Source: a virus (lineage: Duplodnaviria > Caudoviricetes). Taken from it: DNA of 64,000 nucleotides. The position numbers and the translations under genes were made by a program. The stretch is taken from positions 1,710 to 65,709 of IMG/VR virus record IMGVR_UViG_3300047160_011268, one strand, 5' to 3'. This document shows positions 6,612-14,727 of the stretch, one piece after another. The notes beneath the pieces are model-generated. The model did not search any database and was not told where the DNA came from. It worked only from the letters and a program-made list of their open reading frames with translations. The first letter of the stretch is position 1, and every line of letters starts with the position of its first letter.

Positions 6612-8501
6612 ATGTTGTTATTCTTGGACATCGAAAGCTATTACGATCAGGCTTACTCCCTGAAGCGGATGGACCCTGCATCCTACATTCTCGATCGACG
6701 CTTCGAGGCGATCATGATGGGCGTGGCGTTCGAGGATGGCCGCGGAGGATTAATCGATGGGCCGGATATTCCCGAAGCCTTATCCAAGCTCGAGCCGCAG
6801 CGCACTACGACCGTTACTTATAACGCGCTGTTTGATAATTCTATTCTTGCTTGGCGCTATGGCTTTGTGCCTGCACGAATGGTCGATGCATTGGGGATGG
6901 CGCGCGGGCTGTTATGCCATCGGCTACGTAAGTTTGGTTTGGCTGATGTTGCGGATTGCCTTGGGGTAGGGCAAAAGACCCATGAGCTGAACGAGGTCAA
7001 AGGGCTGCATCGTGAGCAAATCCGCCAAGATCGAGATCTATGGCGTCGTTTCGGAACCTATTGTTCGAACGATACCGCACTCCTCAGAGCGATCTATATT
7101 AAGCTACATAAAGAATTTCCTCGCGAAGAATACGAAATTATGGACAGCGTGCTCCGTACGTGTATCGAGCCCCGGTTTCAATGCGATATACAACTTCTTC
7201 AACAGCACCTCAGGGCCGTTCGTGATGAAAAGATACGTCTCTGCGCAGCTGTGGGGGTCGACCGGGACCGCATTAGCGGTAACAAAACATTCCTTGAGCT
7301 CCTCACAGCGACCGGCGTTGAAATCCAAACTAAGCCGGGTAAGAATGGCAACGAAATCCCGGCAATTGCCAAAACCGACAAGTTCATGACCGAACTCCTC
7401 GAACATGAAAATCCGGAGGTCCAATGTCTAGCATCAGCGCGGCTCGGTATAAAGAGCACGTTAGAAGAGCAGCGTACCGAGCGGCTTATCAACATTGCCT
7501 CGCTACCCTGGACTGGCTCTACACCCTTGATTCCGATCCCTTTGAAATACTCCGGGGCGCATACCTGGCGGCTTGCGGGAGATTGGAAGATCAACATGCA
7601 GAATCTACCCTCGGCGCGGATGGGCAATCCAGTGCTCAGGCGAAGCCTCATGGCGCCCCCGGGACATACGATCGTCGTCGGTGATCTGGCGCAGATCGAG
7701 GCTAGGCTGAATGCCTGGTTCTGCAAGGAGACTATGCTGCTCGACGAATTCAAGAACAAGCTCGATCCCTATAGCCAACTGGCGTCGCAAATCTTTCACC
7801 GTGCGGTTGATAAATCGACGTTTAAAGGCGTGGCGCGGCATATCGGCAAAGCCGCGATCTTGGGCTGCGGCTACGGCATGGGCGCGCCCAAGTTCTATGA
7901 CAGCGTGCTGCGACAAAGCCGGACCACCTTATCGTCGGAGCAATTCAAGACCCTGTCCGAACTATGGACGCCGCAAGCGGCCAAGCTGGCGGTTGATACC
8001 TATCGCGAGCGTTATCATAAGATCCCGCGGCGTTGGGCTTTGCTCCGACAACATCTGCATGGTGCCTTTGTTGGCGACATGGGCGAGGCCAAGCCCTATC
8101 CCATTACGATCGGCTACAATAAGGCTGAACGCTACGGCTATGTCCGCGGCCCCGGCGGCCAGGAAATGCGCTACGGCACGCCGCAATGGCTGGAGAACGG
8201 CGAATTGTGGTACTGGATGGGTGGCGTGCCGCACAAGCTTTATGGCGCCGCGTTGCTCGAGAACATCATCCAGTTCCTTGCCCGCATGGTGCAGATGGAG
8301 ATCATGCTGCGGCTGCGCTCGATCGGGCTGCAGATGATCCATACCGTGCATGACGAGCTGGTGTTCATGGTGCCGACCGAGCGGGTCGATGACGCTATGG
8401 CCAATGTCAAGCTGCAAATGACGACGCCGCCGGACTGGTGCGCATCGTTGCCGCTCGAGGCCGATGTCTCGGCCGGCCAACGCTACGGCGACTGCAAGTA
8501 A
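6612..8501 (+). CDS. polA: family A DNA polymerase with 3'-5' exonuclease, no 5'-3' exonuclease
   Basis: FLDIESYY (Exo I); motif A GDLAQIEARL; motif B RHIGKAAILGCGYGMG; motif C TVHDELV. Confidence 0.97.
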   Translation: MLLFLDIESYYDQAYSLKRMDPASYILDRRFEAIMMGVAFEDGRGGLIDGPDIPEALSKLEPQRTTTVTYNALFDNSILAWRYGFVPARMVDALGMARGLLCHRLRKFGLADVADCLGVGQKTHELNEVKGLHREQIRQDRDLWRRFGTYCSNDTALLRAIYIKLHKEFPREEYEIMDSVLRTCIEPRFQCDIQLLQQHLRAVRDEKIRLCAAVGVDRDRISGNKTFLELLTATGVEIQTKPGKNGNEIPAIAKTDKFMTELLEHENPEVQCLASARLGIKSTLEEQRTERLINIASLPWTGSTPLIPIPLKYSGAHTWRLAGDWKINMQNLPSARMGNPVLRRSLMAPPGHTIVVGDLAQIEARLNAWFCKETMLLDEFKNKLDPYSQLASQIFHRAVDKSTFKGVARHIGKAAILGCGYGMGAPKFYDSVLRQSRTTLSSEQFKTLSELWTPQAAKLAVDTYRERYHKIPRRWALLRQHLHGAFVGDMGEAKPYPITIGYNKAERYGYVRGPGGQEMRYGTPQWLENGELWYWMGGVPHKLYGAALLENIIQFLARMVQMEIMLRLRSIGLQMIHTVHDELVFMVPTERVDDAMANVKLQMTTPPDWCASLPLEADVSAGQRYGDCK

Positions 8502-8526
8502 TTCACTAAAAGTTGATTATGTGCCG

Positions 8527-8534
8527 TTAACCAT
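8527..8534 (+). promoter_or_regulatory. CtrA-type half-site TTAACCAT
   Basis: Exact TTAACCAT in the gap after polA, next to an extended -10-like TGGTATATA (8536-8544). Confidence 0.4.
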
Positions 8535-8569
8535 GTGGTATATAACCGCAGCGGTGAAAGGTCGCACTT

Positions 8570-8734
8570 ATGGAACATCACTGTGACCACTGTCATAAGC
8601 AAATCCCAGCCGATGAGTATATCGACAACATCGGCCTTTGCGACGAATGCTTGCGCCGCGAAGAATCCACTCTTGACGCCGAACTTGATGAACGCACGGC
8701 GCCTGTATCTCGCCGGCCCCATACGTGGCATTAG
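8570..8734 (+). CDS. small CxxC...CxxC zinc-finger-like protein (below the ORF-track cutoff)
   Basis: MEHHCDHCHKQIPADEYIDNIGLCDECLRREE..., 54 aa. Confidence 0.55.
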   Translation: MEHHCDHCHKQIPADEYIDNIGLCDECLRREESTLDAELDERTAPVSRRPHTWH

Positions 8735-9017
8735 GAACTACCAGCAGCGTTTTGCCCAAGCCGCGGCTTTGCTGCGCTACGAAGGCTGGGACGTCTTCAA
8801 TCCAGTCGAGGATGACGAGGTGCTGCGCCGCCACGGCATCGAAGGCAACATCCGGTTGTGGCTCGAGCGTGATCTTGGCTGGATCTGCCGCTGGGCCGAC
8901 GTCGTCGCCCTATTGCCGGGGTGGAAGAAGTCCGCCGGCGCCGTTGCCGAAGAGAGAACCGCCCGTGCCTGTGGTATCGCGTGCTGGGAGTTAGGGCTGG
9001 AATATGACTTTAAGTAG
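8688..9017 (+). CDS. DUF4406 / nucleoside 2-deoxyribosyltransferase-like protein
   Basis: LYLAGPIRG, FNPVE, DLGWICRWADVVALLPGWKKSAGAVAE. Confidence 0.78.
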   Translation: MNARRLYLAGPIRGIRNYQQRFAQAAALLRYEGWDVFNPVEDDEVLRRHGIEGNIRLWLERDLGWICRWADVVALLPGWKKSAGAVAEERTARACGIACWELGLEYDFK

Positions 9018-9303
9018 AGGGTTCAACCTCTGTCCCGCTTGTCGGCGCGAACTGCCGCCAGAGATCCCGATAACGGGCAGAAAGCGTCAGCAGCTCATTG
9101 AATGTTTACGGAACTATCCGAACGGCCGTACCGTGCCGCAACTCATGGACTATGTCTATGCCGATGATCCCGATGGCGGGCCGGAGGAGCATAACATCAT
9201 TTCGGTGATGGTGAAGCATATCAACAGCCGCATCACCGATTATGGTTGGAAGATCATCGCCACCCGTGGCCCCGGTTCAACCTATCATCTGAAGCGGCTA
9301 TGA
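9004..9303 (+). CDS. winged-helix (OmpR/CtrA-type C-terminal domain) protein with N-terminal CxxC
   Basis: LMDYVYADDPDGGPEEHNIISVMVKHINSRI...IIATRGPGSTYHL. Confidence 0.65.
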   Translation: MTLSRGFNLCPACRRELPPEIPITGRKRQQLIECLRNYPNGRTVPQLMDYVYADDPDGGPEEHNIISVMVKHINSRITDYGWKIIATRGPGSTYHLKRL

Positions 9304-9647
9304 ATGGTCTCTTGGAAGGCAAGAGTGCTGAGGAACGCAAGACTTATCCGCTTTATAGCGGTGTTACTGCTTATTTCCGCGATGCTCTCTATCGGGTGGC
9401 GCATGTATCATGGGTTGGCAACAATCAGCACAATCCGGGTCAGTCGCTGCATTGGGCACGTGGCAAGAGCACGGATCAACTCGACTGCATCGCTCGGCAC
9501 CTTGGCGAAGTCGATTATGATGACATGTCGGACACTGCCGAAGCGGCTTTGGCTGCGGTGGCGTGGCGCGCATTGGCAGCGTTGCAGATCTACCTTGAGA
9601 TTAAATACGGCATCAAGCCGCCACCTAATGCGAGGCTAACGGCATAA
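9300..9647 (+). CDS. dATP/dGTP diphosphohydrolase-like (DUF5664) protein
   Basis: YFRDALYRVAHVSWVGNNQHNPG..HW...DCIARHL...AAVAWRALAAL pattern. Confidence 0.72.
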   Translation: MNGLLEGKSAEERKTYPLYSGVTAYFRDALYRVAHVSWVGNNQHNPGQSLHWARGKSTDQLDCIARHLGEVDYDDMSDTAEAALAAVAWRALAALQIYLEIKYGIKPPPNARLTA

Positions 9648-10351
9648 TGGGTTTTTGCTTCACCTATACTAAATTGAAGGGCTACGAGAAATGCCCGCGG
9701 CAGCACAAAGCCGTCGACATTGATCGCACGCCGGGCTGGGAGCCGCAGGGCGACGCTATCGACTATGGCAACCGCGTGCACAAGGCGTTGCACAATACGC
9801 TTGGCAAGGGGCAGCCGCTGCCGGTGATCATGAAGGGCCTGCAGTATTGGGTTGATTGGTGTAACAAGATGCCGGGGGACCACTACGTCGAGCAGAAGTG
9901 GGCGCTCGATCGTCACTACCAGCCGACCGAGTATTTTGGCGGCCAGCAATGGTTGCGCTTTAATGCGGACTTTGCCGCCGTGCATGGCACGGTCGGCTGG
10001 CTAGTGGATTGGAAGACCGGCGGCCGCCTCGAGGAGCCATTGCAGCTGTGGCTCGGCGCCGGGGTGATGTTCGGTCAATTCCCGGCGTTGCGTCGTATCA
10101 TCAGCATGTTTGTTTGGCTGAAGGAAGATGACGGCTTGAAGCCGGAAGAATGCATCTCGACTGAAGAGATTCGCCAAGAAGAACTCGGCGAGATCTGGGA
10201 AAGCTTGCTGCCGAGGATCCAGACCTATGAGGGCGCTGTTGAGCTGGCGAACGGCCACAAGGGCGACCATGCTGCTTTCCCGCCACGCCCTGGTATTCAC
10301 TGCCGTTGGTGTCGGGTGCAGTCCTGTGAGTACTGGGGCAAGCCGCCATGA
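9647..10351 (+). CDS. PD-(D/E)XK (Cas4-like) exonuclease
   Basis: CP near the N-terminus, GNRVHKAL, VDWKTG, C-terminal CRWCRVQSC. Confidence 0.78.
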   Translation: MGFCFTYTKLKGYEKCPRQHKAVDIDRTPGWEPQGDAIDYGNRVHKALHNTLGKGQPLPVIMKGLQYWVDWCNKMPGDHYVEQKWALDRHYQPTEYFGGQQWLRFNADFAAVHGTVGWLVDWKTGGRLEEPLQLWLGAGVMFGQFPALRRIISMFVWLKEDDGLKPEECISTEEIRQEELGEIWESLLPRIQTYEGAVELANGHKGDHAAFPPRPGIHCRWCRVQSCEYWGKPP

Positions 10352-10557
10352 CCGACCTTAATCAGCGGCTCGAGACGGCACGGGCTGGGCACTGGCTGCT
10401 CTATCATACCGGCTATCTATGCGAGGACCGGACCAGAAGCGCGCCGGTCGACATGACAGCGCGGCTGGCGTGGAAGAGCTATCGGAACGGCGACACCGCT
10501 TTGGTGCAACGTCGGCTGGGCGACAAATCATATCAGTACTATGCGGTGAAACTATGA
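10348..10557 (+). CDS. hypothetical protein
   Basis: ATGA overlaps at both ends. Confidence 0.6.
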   Translation: MTDLNQRLETARAGHWLLYHTGYLCEDRTRSAPVDMTARLAWKSYRNGDTALVQRRLGDKSYQYYAVKL

Positions 10558-11108
10558 GCGGGACAGTGATTGTTGACCCGCCGTGGGCTTATAACAAATC
10601 TTCTCGCCACAAAAACCAGGCGGGATACGCCAACTTCCACTATGAGCCTCTAACTGTGGACGACCTTAAAAAACTCCCAGTAGGGACACTGGGAGATTAC
10701 CTCTTTTTGTGGGCGGTCTGGCCATTCGTCGAGGCGGCATATGGTCTTATTCATACCTGGGGTTTTGAGCCAGTGACCGCTTTAACCTGGGTCAAGACCA
10801 CCGGATTAACTCTGGGCAAGGAACTGCCGTTCAAACCTGCCTACGGAGTGGGCTACTGGTTTCGCGGGGCGACAGAACCGTGTTTGATCGCCAAGAAGTC
10901 TGGAGTGCTGTCTATCCGCACCCCCTGGGTTGGTCTGCTGTGTGATAATGCTGGCCATTCGCGTAAACCGGACACGCTTTATGAGGTGATTGAGAAGGAT
11001 TTCCCCGGTCCATACACAGAACTATTCGCCCGTCGCCAGCGCGACGGATGGCGTTGTGAGGGTGGTGATCTTGGCGGGAAAGACATACGAGAGGTTCTCC
11101 ATGGGTAA
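10554..11108 (+). CDS. MT-A70 family (MunI-like) adenine methyltransferase
   Basis: VDPPW, LFLWAVWP, WGF..LTWVK, GYWFRGATEPCLIA, HSRKPD. Confidence 0.9.
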   Translation: MSGTVIVDPPWAYNKSSRHKNQAGYANFHYEPLTVDDLKKLPVGTLGDYLFLWAVWPFVEAAYGLIHTWGFEPVTALTWVKTTGLTLGKELPFKPAYGVGYWFRGATEPCLIAKKSGVLSIRTPWVGLLCDNAGHSRKPDTLYEVIEKDFPGPYTELFARRQRDGWRCEGGDLGGKDIREVLHG

Positions 11109-11463
11109 TTTTGACATCGACTTGGTGCGCGGCGGTGCTCTACAAAATACACTGGCGCGAGTTTTAAACACCATAGGCGGTCCGCGTCTGGAAGTGAAAG
11201 CTGACTTCAAAGCCATTGGAACCGGAAATTTTGCAGTAGAGTACGAACAACGCTTGCAATCTGGCGAAATCGTACCGTCAGGTGTTTACGCAGGATCGGA
11301 TTGGATGGCATATGGTATCCCGCAAAACCGCACTGTGCTGCTTTTGCCTACCTCGCGCGCAAAACGGTTGAGAGACCACGCCATACGCCACATTTGGACT
11401 GTAGACAAAAATCCGGCGCACTGCGCGATTGTTCCGATTAATGTGGCTTTGTTGTTGGAATGA
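11101..11463 (+). CDS. small restriction-endonuclease-fold protein (putative)
   Basis: EVKAD..TGNFAVEY pattern resembling the (D/E)xK nuclease core. Confidence 0.5.
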   Translation: MGNFDIDLVRGGALQNTLARVLNTIGGPRLEVKADFKAIGTGNFAVEYEQRLQSGEIVPSGVYAGSDWMAYGIPQNRTVLLLPTSRAKRLRDHAIRHIWTVDKNPAHCAIVPINVALLLE

Positions 11464-11771
11464 CCCCCGAAGGCCGTGTCAAAAATGAAGTCAAGAGGCA
11501 ACTCAAAATATTGGGTGCGTACCAGTTCTGGCCGGTTCAGACGGGTATGGGCGCCGCGGCTGTGGATTGCCTCGCTTGTCTCGCTGGATGGTTTCTGGGT
11601 ATCGAAACCAAGGCACCTGGGAAAAAGCCGACGCCGCTGCAGCAGATAACTTTAACCAAGATCGCAGATGCTGGTGGATTAGCCCTTGTCATTGACTCGG
11701 TAGCTATGGCAAAACAGCTACCGGAGATCATTCAATGTCGGTCCAGTTGTCACGCCCGCACAAGGCGCTGA
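11460..11771 (+). CDS. VRR-NUC domain nuclease
   Basis: PEGRVK, DCLAC, FLGIETKAPGKKPTPLQ. Confidence 0.82.
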   Translation: MTPEGRVKNEVKRQLKILGAYQFWPVQTGMGAAAVDCLACLAGWFLGIETKAPGKKPTPLQQITLTKIADAGGLALVIDSVAMAKQLPEIIQCRSSCHARTRR

Positions 11772-13276
11772 TCATACCGGCGGAACTTGGTAGTTCGGTT
11801 TACGACGTCGAGGGAGTTCTACCCGACGGCCGCCAAGTTCTGTCCCACAATATCCACAATACGTTGCTGTTGCGCAACGCCGGCTTCGCCGTGCCCAATC
11901 CGATGGAGTATCAGTATGCGTGGCCGCGCCCGCCGTTCGAATCCCAGCGTCGATCTGCGCAATTGCTTGTCGAAAATGCACGAGCATATTTACTTAATGA
12001 ACAAGGAACTGGAAAAACTTTCACAACTCTTGCCGCTTTTGACTACCTTCGAGGACAAGGACTTGTGTCGAAAGCTCTTGTCGCTGGAAAACTCTCGACT
12101 CTTGAGTTCGTCTGGGGTTGTGAAATTACTCGTTGGTTCCCTCATCTCCGCGTCCAAGTCCTCGGCTCCGACAAAGGCATCGGCAGGCAGGAAAGACTTA
12201 AAAGGCTTGCCGCCCCCGCCGACGTTTATATCATAAATCATGATGGCGTGAAGGTGATTGCCGATGAGATCAGGGCACGAACCGATATTGACGTTCTCAT
12301 TCTGGATGAACTCGCGGTGTATAGGAACGCTAGCGACCGGTCGAAAGGCATGCGAGTTCTTGCTGAACGCTTTAAAGTCGTCTGGGGACTTACAGGCGCA
12401 CCTATGCCTAATGCCCCCACCGACATTTGGGCGCAATGCAAGATCATCACGCCGCATACGGTCCCGAAATACTTCAAAGCCTGCCGCGAAGCGTTGATGA
12501 CCAGGGTCAGCCAGTATGCCTGGCGACCGCGGGCGAATGCGATCGAGATGGCTTATGGCATGATGCAGCCGTCGATCCGTTACCGGCTGGATGAAGTCGT
12601 AGAGCTGCCGGAAATTATCGAGCGCACTATTGATGTACCATTGTCTGAGCAACAGCAGGCTGTCTATGACACGTTCCGCAAACAATTGGCCATCATGGTC
12701 GAAGAGAAACGTGTTACTGCGGTCAACGCCGGTGTCCTGCTCAACAAGCTTCTGCAGATATCTGGCGGTTATGTATATACTCATTCCCCTGACTTTTTTA
12801 CTCTGGATTGTGCTCCTCGTCTTCACTTGGTCGAGGATTTGGTGGAAGCGAACGATCAGAAAGTCATAGTCTGCGCGCCTTATCGCCATATGGTTGAAGG
12901 TGTCTGCGGGTTCCTAAATAAGAATGGCATCGATGCTTGCTATATTCATGGCGACGTCAGCGACCGTGAGAAATTGTTCCATGCTTTTCAAAACACTGAT
13001 ACGTATCGGGTCATGGTCGCTCACCCGGCTACAATCGGGCACGGCATTACGCTCACGCGCGCTAACCTGCTGGTGTGGTGGTCACCGATCGCTGACTTTG
13101 ATGTCTTTGACCAGGCCAACGCCCGCATACGGCGTGTCGGTCAGGAGCACAAACAGCAGTTACTTTTTCTCCAGAGTACTGCGGCTGAACGCCGGGTATA
13201 TGACATTGTACATCGAAAAGAGAAAGTACAAGACTCTTTTCTCAGCCTCATAGAAAGTATCACCCGTGAACAATGA
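11735..13276 (+). CDS. SNF2-type superfamily 2 helicase
   Basis: EQGTGKT (Walker A variant), ILDELA, LTGAP, GHGITL, QANARIRRVGQ. Confidence 0.93.
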   Translation: MSVQLSRPHKALIIPAELGSSVYDVEGVLPDGRQVLSHNIHNTLLLRNAGFAVPNPMEYQYAWPRPPFESQRRSAQLLVENARAYLLNEQGTGKTFTTLAAFDYLRGQGLVSKALVAGKLSTLEFVWGCEITRWFPHLRVQVLGSDKGIGRQERLKRLAAPADVYIINHDGVKVIADEIRARTDIDVLILDELAVYRNASDRSKGMRVLAERFKVVWGLTGAPMPNAPTDIWAQCKIITPHTVPKYFKACREALMTRVSQYAWRPRANAIEMAYGMMQPSIRYRLDEVVELPEIIERTIDVPLSEQQQAVYDTFRKQLAIMVEEKRVTAVNAGVLLNKLLQISGGYVYTHSPDFFTLDCAPRLHLVEDLVEANDQKVIVCAPYRHMVEGVCGFLNKNGIDACYIHGDVSDREKLFHAFQNTDTYRVMVAHPATIGHGITLTRANLLVWWSPIADFDVFDQANARIRRVGQEHKQQLLFLQSTAAERRVYDIVHRKEKVQDSFLSLIESITREQ

Positions 13277-13688
13277 TGGCTTGAATCAGCTCAACGATAA
13301 CGAGCTGGCGGCATATTTTCATCGGCTGACCAAGTTCCGCAAGGCTTTCGAGGAAGGCTTGAAGCGGGATAAACTTTATGTTAAGGCTGGTGAAGACCTC
13401 GCCGCCATTAGGCAGATCTTTACCCAGCGGTTTGAGGATAGAGGGGTATCGGCAATTAATACCCCGAACGGCACAATCCACACCGTAGGCCGGACTTCGG
13501 CACGGATTGTCGATCCGCAAGTTTTCGGTGAGTTCCTTTTGGCGACACGGGATCTAAGCTATGTCGATCTCAAAGCCAATATGACCACCTGCCGCAGTTA
13601 TCTCGATGAGAACGGCAATCCGGTTCCCGGGGTCGAACTCACCACATTTCGGCAGATCAACATCACAACACCCAAAGGTGGCTCATGA
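13266..13688 (+). CDS. conserved replication-module protein, function unknown
   Basis: 140 aa; INTPNGTIH and PVPGVE patterns seen in phage replication clusters. Confidence 0.6.
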   Translation: MNNDGLNQLNDNELAAYFHRLTKFRKAFEEGLKRDKLYVKAGEDLAAIRQIFTQRFEDRGVSAINTPNGTIHTVGRTSARIVDPQVFGEFLLATRDLSYVDLKANMTTCRSYLDENGNPVPGVELTTFRQINITTPKGGS

Positions 13689-14725
13689 ACGACGTTATTA
13701 TCCCCGGCACCCTTAAAGGCGGCCCCTCTAAGGTGTTCCTCGAGGAAGTCCGCAAGGGTGAGGAATTCGAGGAGCTGGCCCAAGGCATCGGCACCGGTTA
13801 CTCAATCATCGGCATCACCCAGTCGAAGGAATTCTATTTGCACCATAGGGGGGTCCGCAGAACCATCGTCAATCCATCGACCGGTGAAGAGGATGGCGGC
13901 GATCCCGTCAAATACCTTGACGTCATCATCCTGCGCAAAAATGCACTACCATCCCATACATGGTATGAGAAAGGTTACCAGCCTGGGTCAAAAGACCCAC
14001 CGGAGTGTGTTTCGACCGATGGCATTGCGCCGGATGACGGCTGCAAGAAGCCGCAGGCGCAGTTCTGCCAGATCTGCCAGCATCATGAATGGAAGGAGCA
14101 GCCGAGCGGGCGTCGCGGCCGCGCCTGTGCCGATAGCATGCGGCTCGCTATCTTGCCGTTGCCGCATCAAATGCGGCCGGTGCTTGACGGCGACGTTCTC
14201 AAAGAACCCTGTTTGTTGCGGGTACCCGCAGCAAGCATGAAAGGCTTGGTTAGCTTGGGTGATGCTTTGGAGCGCCGGCTCGGCTTGCAAAAAGGCGAAG
14301 CGCCGTTGTGCTCGTTTGTTTGCCGGATCGCTTTTGATCCGGATAAGAGGCACCCCCAATTCACCTACGAAGTTAAAGACTGGTTGAGTGACGGCCAAGC
14401 CGTTAGCATTATGGAGTTACGCAAGCATCCGACGGCTTTCCGCGTTCTTGGCTTGTCGCCGGAAGGCCGCAGCATTGTTCGCGCAGCAGCCAATGACGCT
14501 AATGTTCTCCAGCAACAGATCGCCTTGACCCCACCTGGCCGGCCGCAAGTGGTATCGGTAACGCCGGGTAAGCCATTCCTCGAGCTGCAGCCGGAAAAAA
14601 TTGAGGCAGTCGCAAAGCCGCAGCCGACACCGCCGCCCAAGCCCAAGTTGGTGCCGGTGCCGGAAACTGAAGAAGAGATCGACGCTTTGGTCGAGGCTAT
14701 GCGCCCACGTCCACCCGGGAGCTGA
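13685..14725 (+). CDS. putative ssDNA-binding/annealing protein
   Basis: CVSTDGIAPD, CQIC, GRGRACADSMRLA; Pro-rich C-terminal tail; between helicase and primase. Confidence 0.55.
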   Translation: MNDVIIPGTLKGGPSKVFLEEVRKGEEFEELAQGIGTGYSIIGITQSKEFYLHHRGVRRTIVNPSTGEEDGGDPVKYLDVIILRKNALPSHTWYEKGYQPGSKDPPECVSTDGIAPDDGCKKPQAQFCQICQHHEWKEQPSGRRGRACADSMRLAILPLPHQMRPVLDGDVLKEPCLLRVPAASMKGLVSLGDALERRLGLQKGEAPLCSFVCRIAFDPDKRHPQFTYEVKDWLSDGQAVSIMELRKHPTAFRVLGLSPEGRSIVRAAANDANVLQQQIALTPPGRPQVVSVTPGKPFLELQPEKIEAVAKPQPTPPPKPKLVPVPETEEEIDALVEAMRPRPPGS

Positions 14726-14727
14726 TC

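Noticed and set aside
8545-8572. Group II intron domain V (GCGGTGAAAGGTCGCAC)
   Set aside because: The lower stem does not pair, and no other intron domains or maturase are present
8688-9647. Diaminopurine (Z) or deazaguanine genome
   Set aside because: No PurZ or Que/Dpd pathway genes were recognised
9647-10351. CRISPR-associated Cas4
   Set aside because: No repeat-spacer array or other cas genes; such nucleases are routine in phage replication modules
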